In this document: one piece after another, positions 40,192-50,137 of the stretch
Position numbering within the stretch: position 1 is the stretch's first letter
Layout of the letters: each line of letters opens with the position of its first letter
Assembly: GCA_002316315.1 (NCBI GenBank)
Contig: DCDG01000037.1
Span: 21,967-85,966 of the forward strand
Direction of reading: 5' to 3'
Length of the DNA: 64,000 bases
Source: Candidatus Aminicenantes bacterium UBA1061
GTDB lineage: Bacteria > Acidobacteriota > Aminicenantia > Aminicenantales > Saccharicenantaceae
The notes under the pieces: model-generated
The model's database searches: none
Told to the model about the DNA's origin: nothing
Seen by the model: only the letters and a program-made list of their open reading frames with translations
Position numbers and translations under genes: made by a program

Positions 40192-41252
40192 TATTCACTT
40201 CCTGTTCCTGCTGTGGACAAAAATTCTTTTTTAGGTTGGGTTTTAACCAGACGGTCGGCCTTGTTGATAATCATCTCTGGAAATTTTATCCCTTGTTTTT
40301 CTGCAGCTTCTTCATTGATGAAAAATCTCACCCGGTCAACATATTGAAATGGGATGCGGGCGGGATTTTCACCCTCTTTTATTCTGATAACTAAATCGGC
40401 CGTCCTGGTGCCAATATCGCTGAAATCAAAACCCATAGAGGCACAAGCACCGAATTCGGCACCGGTCGAAAAGGCAGCGAAGAGAGGAATTTTATTGGCT
40501 TCAGCCAGCTGTCCGATTAAATCAAAATTAGCATTAATCGTATTATCTGAAACAGGGAATAATACCTCCACCTGCTGTCTGACCAGTGCCTGCACAGCCT
40601 GAACTATATCCTGAGCGGCAGAAATTGACTCAACAATTACCTCCAGACCGAATTCTGAGGCGGCCTCCTTCATTAATTCTAAATAATATTCAGAGTTAAT
40701 TTCAGAAGGTGTCCAGATGGTGCCAATTCTTCTGATCTCGGGTTTCACCTGATAAATAAGTTCAATAACCTGTTTAATAGGAGCGGTTGAACAGACTCCG
40801 GTAACCCGCGGGTTGTGGTCAACAGCTGTTCTGCCTGCTTTGATAATATAGGGATTGGCCACTGATGAAAAAACAATCGGTATATTCTCCGTTTCAATCA
40901 TTGCCGCCTGAAGAGCCGGGGTAGAAATGACCACAATTAAATTGACCTGAGGGGCGAGTTTTCTCGCCTGATCGGGTAAAAGAGAAACATCGCCATGAGC
41001 TTCTTTCAGCAGGATGTCAATTATTTCCTGTGTCCTCTGCTGATAATCTAATAGTTTCCTTTTCATCGTCTGAAATACTTCACGTGCCGACGGCGAATCA
41101 TAAGCAAGAAGAACACCCAGACGGTAACTTACTGAAACCTTTTCTTCTTTTATTTGCTCTTTCTGACAAGCAGTCATAACTAAAAGCAAACCTATTACCG
41201 CCATAATAATATTCACTGAAAATTGACGTCTGGTATCAGGGTTTTTTCTCAT
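40191..41252 (-). CDS. ABC-transporter substrate-binding lipoprotein (PF04392-like / BMP-like periplasmic binding fold)
   Basis: Lipoprotein signal (LLLVMTAC). Alternating alpha/beta PBP-like pattern. Its start abuts the acylase stop at 40191. The true start may be the internal Met at about 41204. Confidence 0.4.
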   Translation of the reverse strand: MRKNPDTRRQFSVNIIMAVIGLLLVMTACQKEQIKEEKVSVSYRLGVLLAYDSPSAREVFQTMKRKLLDYQQRTQEIIDILLKEAHGDVSLLPDQARKLAPQVNLIVVISTPALQAAMIETENIPIVFSSVANPYIIKAGRTAVDHNPRVTGVCSTAPIKQVIELIYQVKPEIRRIGTIWTPSEINSEYYLELMKEAASEFGLEVIVESISAAQDIVQAVQALVRQQVEVLFPVSDNTINANFDLIGQLAEANKIPLFAAFSTGAEFGACASMGFDFSDIGTRTADLVIRIKEGENPARIPFQYVDRVRFFINEEAAEKQGIKFPEMIINKADRLVKTQPKKEFLSTAGTGSE

Positions 41253-41300
41253 TGGCCACCTGTTATCTGAAATATTTTTAATTAATTATTAAAGCATGAT

Positions 41301-42269
41301 TTATTGATAGCCGGTCAGCTCCCGCCAGCGGGATGGTTCAATGTTGCCACCGGACACAATCGCCACGACCTTTTTACCAGAAAAAAGTTCCCGTCCGGCA
41401 AGCAAACCAGCCAAAGACAGCGCCCCGGCTCCCTCCACTATTTCCTGATGATCTTCATAAAAAGTTCTCATCGCTTCCATGATGCTCTCTTCTGAGACTG
41501 TTAGCAGCCGGTCAACATAATGTCTGACGAGGTCAAAAGTCATAGCCCCGTTTTCCAGGCCACCGGCTACAGCGTCGGCTATGGTTGCTTTTTCCACAAA
41601 ATCATTGTTCAGGTAGCCAAGACTGAGCGAATGTTCGATAAAGGCTGAATTTTCGGGCTCTACCCCGGTTATCCTTATGCCGGGCTTACTCTCCTTGAGG
41701 TAAAGAGCTATTCCAGCTATCAGTCCACCTCCACCCACCGGCACAATTACCTCTTCTACCTCCGGCCAGTCTTGAAATATTTCCAGACCACAGGTGCCCT
41801 GTCCGGCTATAACCTGCTCATTATTGTAGGGTGAAACAAAAATCTGATCCCCGGCCTCAGCTGCCTGTCGAGCTTCAGCTTCTGCCTGCTCACATGGCCC
41901 CTCGACAAGTTTCAGCCTGGCTCCACTTCTTTCCAGTTTCTGGCGTTTATGATTAGTTATAGTGGCGGGGACATAGAGAGTAAGTTCTAGGCCTTCCTGC
42001 TGGCAGATATAGGCCGTAGCTGCACCGTGATTGCCCGTTGAGGCGGCTACTACCCCCTGTTGCTGGCAGTAATTTAGATTAGCCATAATTTTACTGGCTG
42101 CTCCACGGATTTTAAAAGAGGCTGTCGGCTGGTGGTTTTCCCACTTAAAATAAATCTGGCTGCCCAGTTCAGCCGAGAGTCTCGGAGAAAAAGTCAGGTC
42201 AGTATGAATAGCATAACGTCTGATCCGTTGGCTGGCCTCTTCAATCAGAGCTTTATCAATTCCTCTCAT
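41301..42269 (-). CDS. Threonine/serine dehydratase (PLP-dependent, catabolic type)
   Basis: PLP-Lys motif ASFKIRGA. Glycine-rich loop GGGGL. 322 aa with no regulatory ACT domain. Confidence 0.8.
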   Translation of the reverse strand: MRGIDKALIEEASQRIRRYAIHTDLTFSPRLSAELGSQIYFKWENHQPTASFKIRGAASKIMANLNYCQQQGVVAASTGNHGAATAYICQQEGLELTLYVPATITNHKRQKLERSGARLKLVEGPCEQAEAEARQAAEAGDQIFVSPYNNEQVIAGQGTCGLEIFQDWPEVEEVIVPVGGGGLIAGIALYLKESKPGIRITGVEPENSAFIEHSLSLGYLNNDFVEKATIADAVAGGLENGAMTFDLVRHYVDRLLTVSEESIMEAMRTFYEDHQEIVEGAGALSLAGLLAGRELFSGKKVVAIVSGGNIEPSRWRELTGYQ

Positions 42270-42492
42270 TTAGTCTCCAGTTGTCAGGCAGCTCATGATG
42301 GCTGTTGGCATCTGTTGTTCTCGACTTAAATCTTGGTGTTTAACAAGACAGACAATCCTGGCCTCCCGCCATTTACGCCCTGGATATTTCTTAATTATTT
42401 ATATCATATCAGGAAAATTTGACTCAAGCTTAATCTTTACCTATAGTTTAATTTTGATTCAATACATATCTGTAAGGCAAGGCTAAACAGCA

Positions 42493-43059
42493 ATGGTTAA
42501 AAATCAAGGCAGTTCATTAGAAGAAAAACAAGCAGAGTTTAAAGGGCTGGTTGAGGTGTATACGGGAGACGGTAAGGGCAAGACGACGGCAGCACTTGGA
42601 CTGGCTTTCAGGGCTGCTGGCCACGGTTTTAGAAGCTATATTGGCCAGTTCTTAAAAGGCCAGTCAAGCGGCGAGGTACAGGCAGCCAGAAAACTTCAGC
42701 CACTGGTCACCATTGAACAATTCGGCCGAAAGAAATTTATCAAGGTGACCGAGGATTTCGAGGAAGAAGATTACCGGCTGGCAGAAGAAGGCTTCAAAAA
42801 ATGCCTGAAAGCAATGCTCGGCGGGGAGTATCAAATTGTCATCCTCGACGAAATAAACGTTGCCCTGAATCTGGGGTTAATCAAAGAAGAAGAAATACAG
42901 AAGTTTCTTGACCGGAAGCCGGAAGGTGTCGAAATCGTTCTGACCGGAAGATATGCTCCTCAGTCAGTTATAGACCGGGCTGACCTGGTGACAGAAATGG
43001 TCTGCCGGAAACATTATTATGATAAAGGAGTCAGAGCCAGGAAAGGCATTGAGAAATAG
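42493..43059 (+). CDS. cobO: Cob(I)yrinic acid a,c-diamide / corrinoid adenosyltransferase (BtuR/CobO family)
   Basis: P-loop GDGKGKTTAALG and ILDEIN motif. Length 188 aa. Confidence 0.85.
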   Translation: MVKNQGSSLEEKQAEFKGLVEVYTGDGKGKTTAALGLAFRAAGHGFRSYIGQFLKGQSSGEVQAARKLQPLVTIEQFGRKKFIKVTEDFEEEDYRLAEEGFKKCLKAMLGGEYQIVILDEINVALNLGLIKEEEIQKFLDRKPEGVEIVLTGRYAPQSVIDRADLVTEMVCRKHYYDKGVRARKGIEK

Positions 43060-43415
43060 CGGCCTTCGTATTAACCAGATAGTTAATGAGATGGTGCAAA
43101 GGCCCGCTAGCCATAAGCTCACCACTACTTTTTCAACCAGATGGAATCAGTATCCGGTGTTTTCAACCTTCGCCTTGGCTATTCAGCCAGGTAGCCTTTT
43201 AACCAACATGGCAATAAGGAGTATCCAGCCAGGGAGGTCTCCCTTGTCGCTGATCAGGTGATGGAGTTCCGTTGTTTCATGCCTGATGGAAACGAGTTCT
43301 TGAGAAGGAGTGCGACTTTTCAACCTGCGTTCAATCAAAATCTTTGCGCCGGCTGGTAATTGCCATTTAATTTTTTGCATTTATAATGATTTAGTGGTCA
43401 AAAGAAAGTGAAGGT

Positions 43416-43799
43416 ATGAAGCTTACCAGAGATAGATTTCAACAACTGGTTCAAGAATCGATGAAAGTTATCCCCAAGAAATACCTTAAGCAGATAAAAA
43501 ATGTGGCTATTCTGGTCGAAGATTATCCACCACCAGGGCAGAATCTGCTCGGACTCTATCATGGTGTTCCTTTGAATCTCCGTGGCTCTTATTATGGCAA
43601 TGTGCCACCTGATGTTATAGTATTGTATAAGGTGCCAATTGAAAGTCTCGGTGCCAGTGAAGACGCAGTCAGAGAAAGGATCGAAGAAGTGCTCCTGCAT
43701 GAAATCGGGCATTACTTTGGACTGGATGAAAAAACATTAAGAGAAATTGAAGCCAGAAGACTGAAAATAATCGCCAAAAAGTCTGAAAAGGAGAATTAA
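43416..43799 (+). CDS. Small zinc metallopeptidase-like protein (HExxH, DUF1025/zincin-like)
   Basis: LLHEIGHYFGLDE motif. 127 aa. Its stop overlaps the start of the downstream gene. Confidence 0.55.
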   Translation: MKLTRDRFQQLVQESMKVIPKKYLKQIKNVAILVEDYPPPGQNLLGLYHGVPLNLRGSYYGNVPPDVIVLYKVPIESLGASEDAVRERIEEVLLHEIGHYFGLDEKTLREIEARRLKIIAKKSEKEN

Positions 43800-43801
43800 C
43801 C

Positions 43802-44692
43802 ATGGGTAATATTTTAAAAGGTGTTTATGCTGCACTGACCACGCCCTTTGTTAATGGCGAGGTTTCGACGGAAAAATTCAGGGAAAATATTGAAAAGTTT
43901 AATAAAACTGGTCTGACGGGCTATGTTATCCTCGGCTCAACCGGCGAAGCAGCTTTTCTTGATGATGAAGAATCGGAAGCACTGGTCAGGGAGGCTAAAA
44001 AATCAGCGGCCAGCGGGAAAGTCATTATTGCCGGGACAGCCAGGGAATCGGCCGAGTGGACGATAAAATTCACCAATCGCCTGGCGGAAGTCGGGGCGGA
44101 GGCAGCACTGGTCAGACCGCCTTCTTATTACAAGGCAAAAATGAATTATGAAGCCCTCCGGGATTTTTATCTCAGGGTAGCTGACCGGGTTAAAATTCCG
44201 ATTATTCTCTATAATATTCCACAAAATACACAGATCTGGCTGCCACTTGAACTGGTGGTGGAGCTTTCCAGCCATCAAAATATCATCGGTCTTAAAGAAA
44301 GCGGGGGCAACATTGCTTTTCTGGGGGAGGTCATCAAGAAAGTCCCGGCTGACTTCTTTTATTTTACCGGCTCGGGGAGCGTTTTTTATTCAGCGCTGGA
44401 ACTTGGCGCCACTGGTGCTATTCTGGCTTTAGCCAATGTCGCGCCGGAATTATGTGTTAAGCTTTATGAGCTGTTTCAATCTGGACAAAAAGACGAAGCC
44501 CGGGAACTTCAATACCGGCTTATTCCGCTCAACCGGGCGGTGACTGAAACCTATGGTATACCGTCTGTTAAATATGCTTTAGACCGCCGTGGTTTTTTTG
44601 GCGACCCCTGCCGTTCTCCCCTGCTGCCACTGGAAGAGAAAGCTAAAAAAATAATCGACTCTCTTCTGCAGGAACTAAGATTAATCAGCTGA
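43802..44692 (+). CDS. DapA-family class I aldolase (4-hydroxy-tetrahydrodipicolinate synthase / N-acetylneuraminate lyase family)
   Basis: GYVILGSTGE motif. Schiff-base Lys context IIGLKESGGN. Length 296 aa. Confidence 0.75.
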   Translation: MGNILKGVYAALTTPFVNGEVSTEKFRENIEKFNKTGLTGYVILGSTGEAAFLDDEESEALVREAKKSAASGKVIIAGTARESAEWTIKFTNRLAEVGAEAALVRPPSYYKAKMNYEALRDFYLRVADRVKIPIILYNIPQNTQIWLPLELVVELSSHQNIIGLKESGGNIAFLGEVIKKVPADFFYFTGSGSVFYSALELGATGAILALANVAPELCVKLYELFQSGQKDEARELQYRLIPLNRAVTETYGIPSVKYALDRRGFFGDPCRSPLLPLEEKAKKIIDSLLQELRLIS

Positions 44693-44751
44693 ATTTATTA
44701 TAGATGAGCAGACAGGCCTGATATAAAATACGGCCTGCAAGTTAAGGGCCG

Positions 44752-45972
44752 ATGACAGTTGTAATTGCTCTATGTCTTCTACTGCTTATTGCTTACCTTT
44801 TTGAGTTTTACTCAGAAAAGATAAATGTACCGACAGTTATGATCTTACTTCTGGTCGGTTTTCTTCTGAGAGAAATAATTACTTATTTCAAAATCCCCTT
44901 CCCGGATTTATTTTTCTTATTGCCAGCCCTTGGCAATCTTGGCTTGCTGTTGATTGTTCTGGAAGCTACCCTGAGCATTAAATTAAACAGAGAGCATGGG
45001 AAACTGCTTCTTCAGACTCTGGGCCTGGCCCTGGCCAGTATTATTATCCTGTCATTTCTGCTGGCTCTGGCTCTCAGGTCAACCCATCCTGAAGTCAGCT
45101 TCAGAGAACTTCTTCTGATGGCCGCAGTCTTTGCTGGCAGTAGCAGTGCTGTGGCTATCTCCAGTTCAAAACATTTGCCCACCGCCAGCAGGAATTTCGT
45201 TGTTTATGAAAGCAGCTTTTCTGATATCCTCAGCATCATGTTTTTTAATTTTCTTTTATGGAATCAAACTCTTGGTGGAAATATATTTTTTATCGCTCTG
45301 TCTCAATTAATTATAACGGTTATCATTTCTGCTGTCTCCATCTATTTTTTATTTTTTCTCATACAAAGAATTGAACATGAGATTAAATTTATTCCAATTA
45401 TCCTCCTGGTAATTTTGATCTATTCAGTTTCAGAAATTATGCATCTGCCAGGCCTTATTTTTATCTTATTTTTTGGTTTGTTTTTAAATAATTATGACAG
45501 GGTACAGTCACTTCCCTGGCTGAAAAAAATGTTTATCAAGGAAAATCCTGGGGAAGTAACCAGATTTAAGGATCTGGTAGTTGAGTTTACTTTCCTTATC
45601 AAATCGATCTTTTTCCTTGTTTTTGGTTTTGCTGTCAGTAGGCGCGAAGTGCTGAATCTCCCCGATCTTTTTAAAGCTCTGGTTATAGTGGCCGTTATTT
45701 TTGGACTTAGATGGCTATTATTGAAGTTGATGAGAATCGAGCTGGACCGGGTCTTATACTTTGCACCGCGTGGCCTGATTACCATTCTTTTATTTGTCAC
45801 CCTTCAAGAAAAGGGCCTTGCTCCTTTTCTCTCCAGGGGAATGGTCTTCCAGGTAGTTTTTCTGTCGTGTCTGGTGATGGTCATAGGTAACCTGGCAGGG
45901 AAAAAGCAGGAAGAAAAAATCGAAGCCCGGACGGTCGAAAACCCATCAGGTAGCGTGGAAGAGTTCGAGTAA
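44752..45972 (+). CDS. Cation:proton antiporter-like polytopic membrane protein
   Basis: 406 aa with about 11 TM helices. The resemblance to Na+/H+ exchanger-type proteins is weak, and the family call is tentative. Confidence 0.35.
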   Translation: MTVVIALCLLLLIAYLFEFYSEKINVPTVMILLLVGFLLREIITYFKIPFPDLFFLLPALGNLGLLLIVLEATLSIKLNREHGKLLLQTLGLALASIIILSFLLALALRSTHPEVSFRELLLMAAVFAGSSSAVAISSSKHLPTASRNFVVYESSFSDILSIMFFNFLLWNQTLGGNIFFIALSQLIITVIISAVSIYFLFFLIQRIEHEIKFIPIILLVILIYSVSEIMHLPGLIFILFFGLFLNNYDRVQSLPWLKKMFIKENPGEVTRFKDLVVEFTFLIKSIFFLVFGFAVSRREVLNLPDLFKALVIVAVIFGLRWLLLKLMRIELDRVLYFAPRGLITILLFVTLQEKGLAPFLSRGMVFQVVFLSCLVMVIGNLAGKKQEEKIEARTVENPSGSVEEFE

Positions 45973-47667
45973 AGCTGGCTCCGGGTTATCCTCATACAAT
46001 ATTTGATTCTTTTCATAGAAAAAGTAGCGGTGATAAAGCCAGAGGCCGGCCATAATAAAAATGATAACCCCATAAAAACCAACCAATCTGGAAGGCCTGG
46101 CCAGAAAATAGGGTTCGATCCAGCGCGGTATAAAGATATAACCCAGAAATAACAGGACATAAACCAGCCAGAAGATATAGAGCTTACTTTTCCCGGGAAG
46201 ATAAGAACAGGCAAAAGGAAATTTCCGGTGCTGAAAAAACAGGGCTTCCACCAGCAAAACAGCCAGAGCCAGGTCATAAAGACAATGAATACCAGCAGTG
46301 GTCCAGTTCCAGATAAAACCATAAAAAACAAAAAGCAGGAGATAGAGCGGAATAAGGGCAAAAAAGAAAATGCTTTTCCGCAGAGCTGAAAAATAAGACC
46401 AGCACCGCGGACTTTCCGCTATTTTAAAAATCCAGTTAGCTTCCAGGTTGAGCGGGATATTAGTGGCATCTCTTATTCCCAGAGCCAGAAAGAAGCTCAG
46501 AACCAGCGGTAAGGAAAGCATATTACCAGATTGAGCTTTCCAGAAAAATTTACCAGTCGAGACAAACATAATAAGGCTCACCCCAAAACCAATCCCTAAA
46601 TAAGACAGAACCCTGGTCCGGTGAAGACGGCTGCGGCTCAGGGCACTGCCATAAAACCAGAAAACGGCCCTTTCTGTCGGTTGTCTTAAAATCGTCAGAT
46701 TCAAGACGGGTTCAGCCAGCCTCCGTAAAATTGACGGCCGGTAATGTTTGGCTCCTTCCGGTGATATTTTTTTGAGATACCGGTTGTATGAAATTAGAGT
46801 AATTAGAAAGAAAGCAGCCACAGCTATGACCAGAGCTACAATTGCTCTAAAAGCCAGCTGCCGGAAAAAGGGCTGCCGGTTTCCCTGTAAAACCTCATAG
46901 AGTCCGGTAAACCAGAGCGGGGGGAAATTCATCATAAGGGAAGTTGGACTCCCCTGAAGGGCTTTGAAGCTTTCAAACTGCTTTTGAATAAAATGCGTAT
47001 CAATCAGGAAAAAATAAAGAACAAAAATATGAGCAACGATGAGACCAAAGCGCAATAGATCTGAAATCCGTTGAAAGATTTTTCCCCGAAGAAGGATATT
47101 GAAAAAACCAACAATAAAACCGAGAGCAAAGAATATAAAGGCCCCGGCCAGGAACATAACCAGAAGATGAGTCAGGAAAAGAAGAAAAGCTGAAAAAAGG
47201 CCGTAGTATCTTGCCTGGCCCAAAAATATGGCAAAAACAATTGACGACAGAGAGTTAATACCAATAGCAAATAGCCCGACAAACATCACCAGGCTGGCAA
47301 ACTTGGCCGAAAAAACAGTCAGCGGCTTCAAGGGCAGGGGCATCAGATTCAAAAAATCCTGCCGGTCAAGAAAAATTACATCCCAGACAAAGATGGTGAC
47401 GAGCCCGAGCAGCAGCATGCTCAGGGTAGTCATTTCGCAAATTTCAAGCCAGGCCTCGGGTTTCTCTGGCAAGATAAGATACGGGAAAAGAAGGTAATCG
47501 GCGACCGAGGCCGGAAAAATCGCCAGAAGAGCTATAATGCTCACCACCTTGCCAGTCATCTGCTCTTCAAAAAAGACCGTTTCATTTAGAAAAAGGTGCT
47601 GGAAGAAATGACGCGTTAAGACTACAAATGATCTCTCTTTGAGCTGAAGTTTTTTAAAGCCGTCCAT
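45946..47667 (-). CDS. Large ABC-2-type transporter permease (about 12 TM)
   Basis: 573-aa highly hydrophobic protein 27 bp downstream of, and co-oriented with, an ABC ATPase. Confidence 0.5.
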   Translation of the reverse strand: MDGFKKLQLKERSFVVLTRHFFQHLFLNETVFFEEQMTGKVVSIIALLAIFPASVADYLLFPYLILPEKPEAWLEICEMTTLSMLLLGLVTIFVWDVIFLDRQDFLNLMPLPLKPLTVFSAKFASLVMFVGLFAIGINSLSSIVFAIFLGQARYYGLFSAFLLFLTHLLVMFLAGAFIFFALGFIVGFFNILLRGKIFQRISDLLRFGLIVAHIFVLYFFLIDTHFIQKQFESFKALQGSPTSLMMNFPPLWFTGLYEVLQGNRQPFFRQLAFRAIVALVIAVAAFFLITLISYNRYLKKISPEGAKHYRPSILRRLAEPVLNLTILRQPTERAVFWFYGSALSRSRLHRTRVLSYLGIGFGVSLIMFVSTGKFFWKAQSGNMLSLPLVLSFFLALGIRDATNIPLNLEANWIFKIAESPRCWSYFSALRKSIFFFALIPLYLLLFVFYGFIWNWTTAGIHCLYDLALAVLLVEALFFQHRKFPFACSYLPGKSKLYIFWLVYVLLFLGYIFIPRWIEPYFLARPSRLVGFYGVIIFIMAGLWLYHRYFFYEKNQILYEDNPEPALLELFHAT

Positions 47668-47693
47668 TTTTTTATTTTTAGCTGACTTAAGTT

Positions 47694-48464
47694 TCAGCCG
47701 TTTTTCTTCATTAAAGAAAGTAATTCTGAAGCCGCTGCCTCCGGGTCTTCCTGAACAACCAGCTGACCGAAAATTTCTTCAAGCGATGGGACTTTCATTA
47801 ACTGACGCAGATTCTCGACCGAATCATCTGCCCTGACCTTCCCCTGATAAAGAATCAACACCCGGCTGGCCACTTTCTCGACAATGTCCAGAAGATGAGA
47901 AGAATAAATGACAAGGTGGCCTTCAGACGCCAGCCGCCTGACCAGTTTTTCAATAATGAGAATAGTGGAAACATCCAGCCCCGACAATGGCTCGTCAAGG
48001 AGAAGAATCTCCGGGTCATGAAGGAGAGCAGCTGTTATTAAAACTTTCTGCGTCATGCCTTTGGAAAAAGAAGCAATCTCGGAATACAGATCACCGGCCA
48101 GGTCAAAGACCTCCATAAAGCCTTTGATTTTGGCTTTAAGGACTGATTCTTTAAGCCCTCGCAGTCTGCCCACCATGAGGAGATAATCATAGGCGCTGAG
48201 ATGGGAATAAATGGCCGGCTCTTCCGGCACATAGCCCAGCCTTTGCTTGAACCAGACCAGATTCTTCCAGACATTCCGCCCGTCATAGAAAATTTCACCT
48301 TCTGTTGGCTCCAGCAGTCCGGCAATCATTTTGATGGTGGTGGACTTGCCGGCACCGTTTGGGCCGAGATAGCCGACCGACTCCCCCGGTTTGATGGTGA
48401 AACTCACCGCATCGACCACTTTTAAAAATTGATATTTTTTTGTTATCCCTTTTAGCTCTAACAT
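47694..48464 (-). CDS. ABC transporter ATP-binding protein (ABC-2 subfamily)
   Basis: Walker A GPNGAGKST. Signature LSGLDV-like motif. Walker B LLLDEP. Length 256 aa. Confidence 0.8.
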   Translation of the reverse strand: MLELKGITKKYQFLKVVDAVSFTIKPGESVGYLGPNGAGKSTTIKMIAGLLEPTEGEIFYDGRNVWKNLVWFKQRLGYVPEEPAIYSHLSAYDYLLMVGRLRGLKESVLKAKIKGFMEVFDLAGDLYSEIASFSKGMTQKVLITAALLHDPEILLLDEPLSGLDVSTILIIEKLVRRLASEGHLVIYSSHLLDIVEKVASRVLILYQGKVRADDSVENLRQLMKVPSLEEIFGQLVVQEDPEAAASELLSLMKKNG

Positions 48465-48936
48465 CTTAGACCAGGGTCAAATATATCACTTATGATTTTA
48501 TTCTGACAAGAAAATTATAGCGTTAAAATGCCTGGCGTGCTCAGAAAGGACCAACCAGCTTTACCCTCGCCCTCTGCAATAATATGTAAAGGCTATGGAT
48601 GATATATTTATTCACCGTTTTGCCGCTCAGTCCTGAGTCGGGGGTAAAGAGGTGGCCGGCTTCCTGGTAAAAAATTAAAGGCCACTTAAGATGATACCTA
48701 TGATTAATAGAACGGCAGGTCAGACAAAATCTTTCATCAATTGAGTGTTTTACGTTAAGGGTCAATTACTGTTCAATTTTTGGGGATATATAAACCTACA
48801 ATTATCGGCTCTGTCCTTTATTATATTTGCGGGTCCTTCGAAATAAAATTGGCGATCTGCAATCCCGACCACTCAGGCCCACAAAACTCTCCCTTCAAGC
48901 CAATCCGCCTCTTAGCTTTAAGCTATTGGTTCAGGG

Positions 48937-50115
48937 TTAGAAGCCGGTGATTAAACCCAGCCCAAGCCGCAGGTGTTTGGGTAAATCACTTTTAAAAACA
49001 TAGGTGGCCTCAATTGTTGCCCGGACATTTCTTCGCAAAAGGTAACCATAATGAAGACCGGCCGAAGTGTAATCCAGGTCGGGCTGATCTGAATCCACCC
49101 AGTTAAAAAGGGCCACCGTATACCAGCGCGAATCATCGCCATGAGGAAAATAAAGTAGCTCAGCGAATCCACCCTGGGTTTGTATTTTCTCCGCCCCGAC
49201 TATTAAAAAGTAAGGGTTCTTGTCACGCCTGGTCAAATACTGGACATTAAGCTCAAATTTCGGTTGAGACCAGGTCAGGTCACCACCGGCCATCCACAGG
49301 CTGTCATTGACATTGTCCTGCCTTTCTTTTCCCAGGTAGCCAAAGGCTCCTGCTCTGAATTCCGGAGTGAAATCCTGCGAAACCCGCAGCAATAAATTCT
49401 TATATTTATCAGCATCAAATGTTTCAAAATCGTCAACTGGATCGAGGCCCATCCCATTAACGATCTCCAGAGTCAGGTCAGTACCGGTAGGCAGCCCGTA
49501 GGTCAGCATCACCCCCCGATCATAAGTTAGATCAACCCTGGCCTGTCCGACTTTAACTCCATAAATTCTGTAATCTTCATAAGTCAGCCTTAATTCTCTT
49601 TTAAAAAGAGGATCTGAAACCTGAAATTGTCCAACATAGAGATCCAGGTTAGTTTTGAACAGATTGTTGAACATAATAAAAGCATCTTCCAGGCCAGCTA
49701 TTTCCCCTCCCTCAGTAAAGATAAAATATAAATAATAAGAGATGTGTTTGGAGATTTCTCCACCAGACATTAACTTGATAATAAATGGAGCTGAAAAATC
49801 AAACCGCTTGTTATGAGCATTGTTAAAGCTCAAAAAACCATCAAACCTGATGGCAATGGGCAATTCCCGCAAGAGTGAAAGCATGTCATCGCCGGTCTCA
49901 ATGTTATAGCGCGGTGTTTCTTTATCCTTAATCACATAGCCGTTATTGGCAAACTCATCACCATAGGGCTTGAGCCGCGGAAATGGATTATGACAAACCT
50001 TACAACTGATACTGTATTTGCGAGCAAAGGCCGGTATGGACCAGGCTTCGGAGGCCAGTAAAAATAGTAAGATCGTTGACAGAAGAAGAACTCCGCCATT
50101 TTTCCTCATTGTCAT
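48937..50115 (-). CDS. Cyc2-like fused monoheme cytochrome c / outer-membrane beta-barrel porin (putative)
   Basis: Signal peptide (…LLASEAWS). Immediately after it, a single heme c motif in ...ARKYSISCKVCHNPFPRLKPYGDEFANNGY. The remaining about 340 aa are beta-strand-rich with alternating hydrophobics and a C-terminal ...GLGLITGF (terminal Phe), typical of OM beta-barrels. It lies 22 bp downstream of a multiheme cytochrome gene. Confidence 0.55.
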   Translation of the reverse strand: MTMRKNGGVLLLSTILLFLLASEAWSIPAFARKYSISCKVCHNPFPRLKPYGDEFANNGYVIKDKETPRYNIETGDDMLSLLRELPIAIRFDGFLSFNNAHNKRFDFSAPFIIKLMSGGEISKHISYYLYFIFTEGGEIAGLEDAFIMFNNLFKTNLDLYVGQFQVSDPLFKRELRLTYEDYRIYGVKVGQARVDLTYDRGVMLTYGLPTGTDLTLEIVNGMGLDPVDDFETFDADKYKNLLLRVSQDFTPEFRAGAFGYLGKERQDNVNDSLWMAGGDLTWSQPKFELNVQYLTRRDKNPYFLIVGAEKIQTQGGFAELLYFPHGDDSRWYTVALFNWVDSDQPDLDYTSAGLHYGYLLRRNVRATIEATYVFKSDLPKHLRLGLGLITGF

Positions 50116-50137
50116 TTTTACCTCCGCCAGAGATCAA

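Noticed and set aside
42270-42492. Expected cobalamin riboswitch upstream of the corrinoid adenosyltransferase gene
   Set aside because: No B12-box-like GCCACTG / AGYCMGGAGACC consensus is visible in the 220-bp leader.
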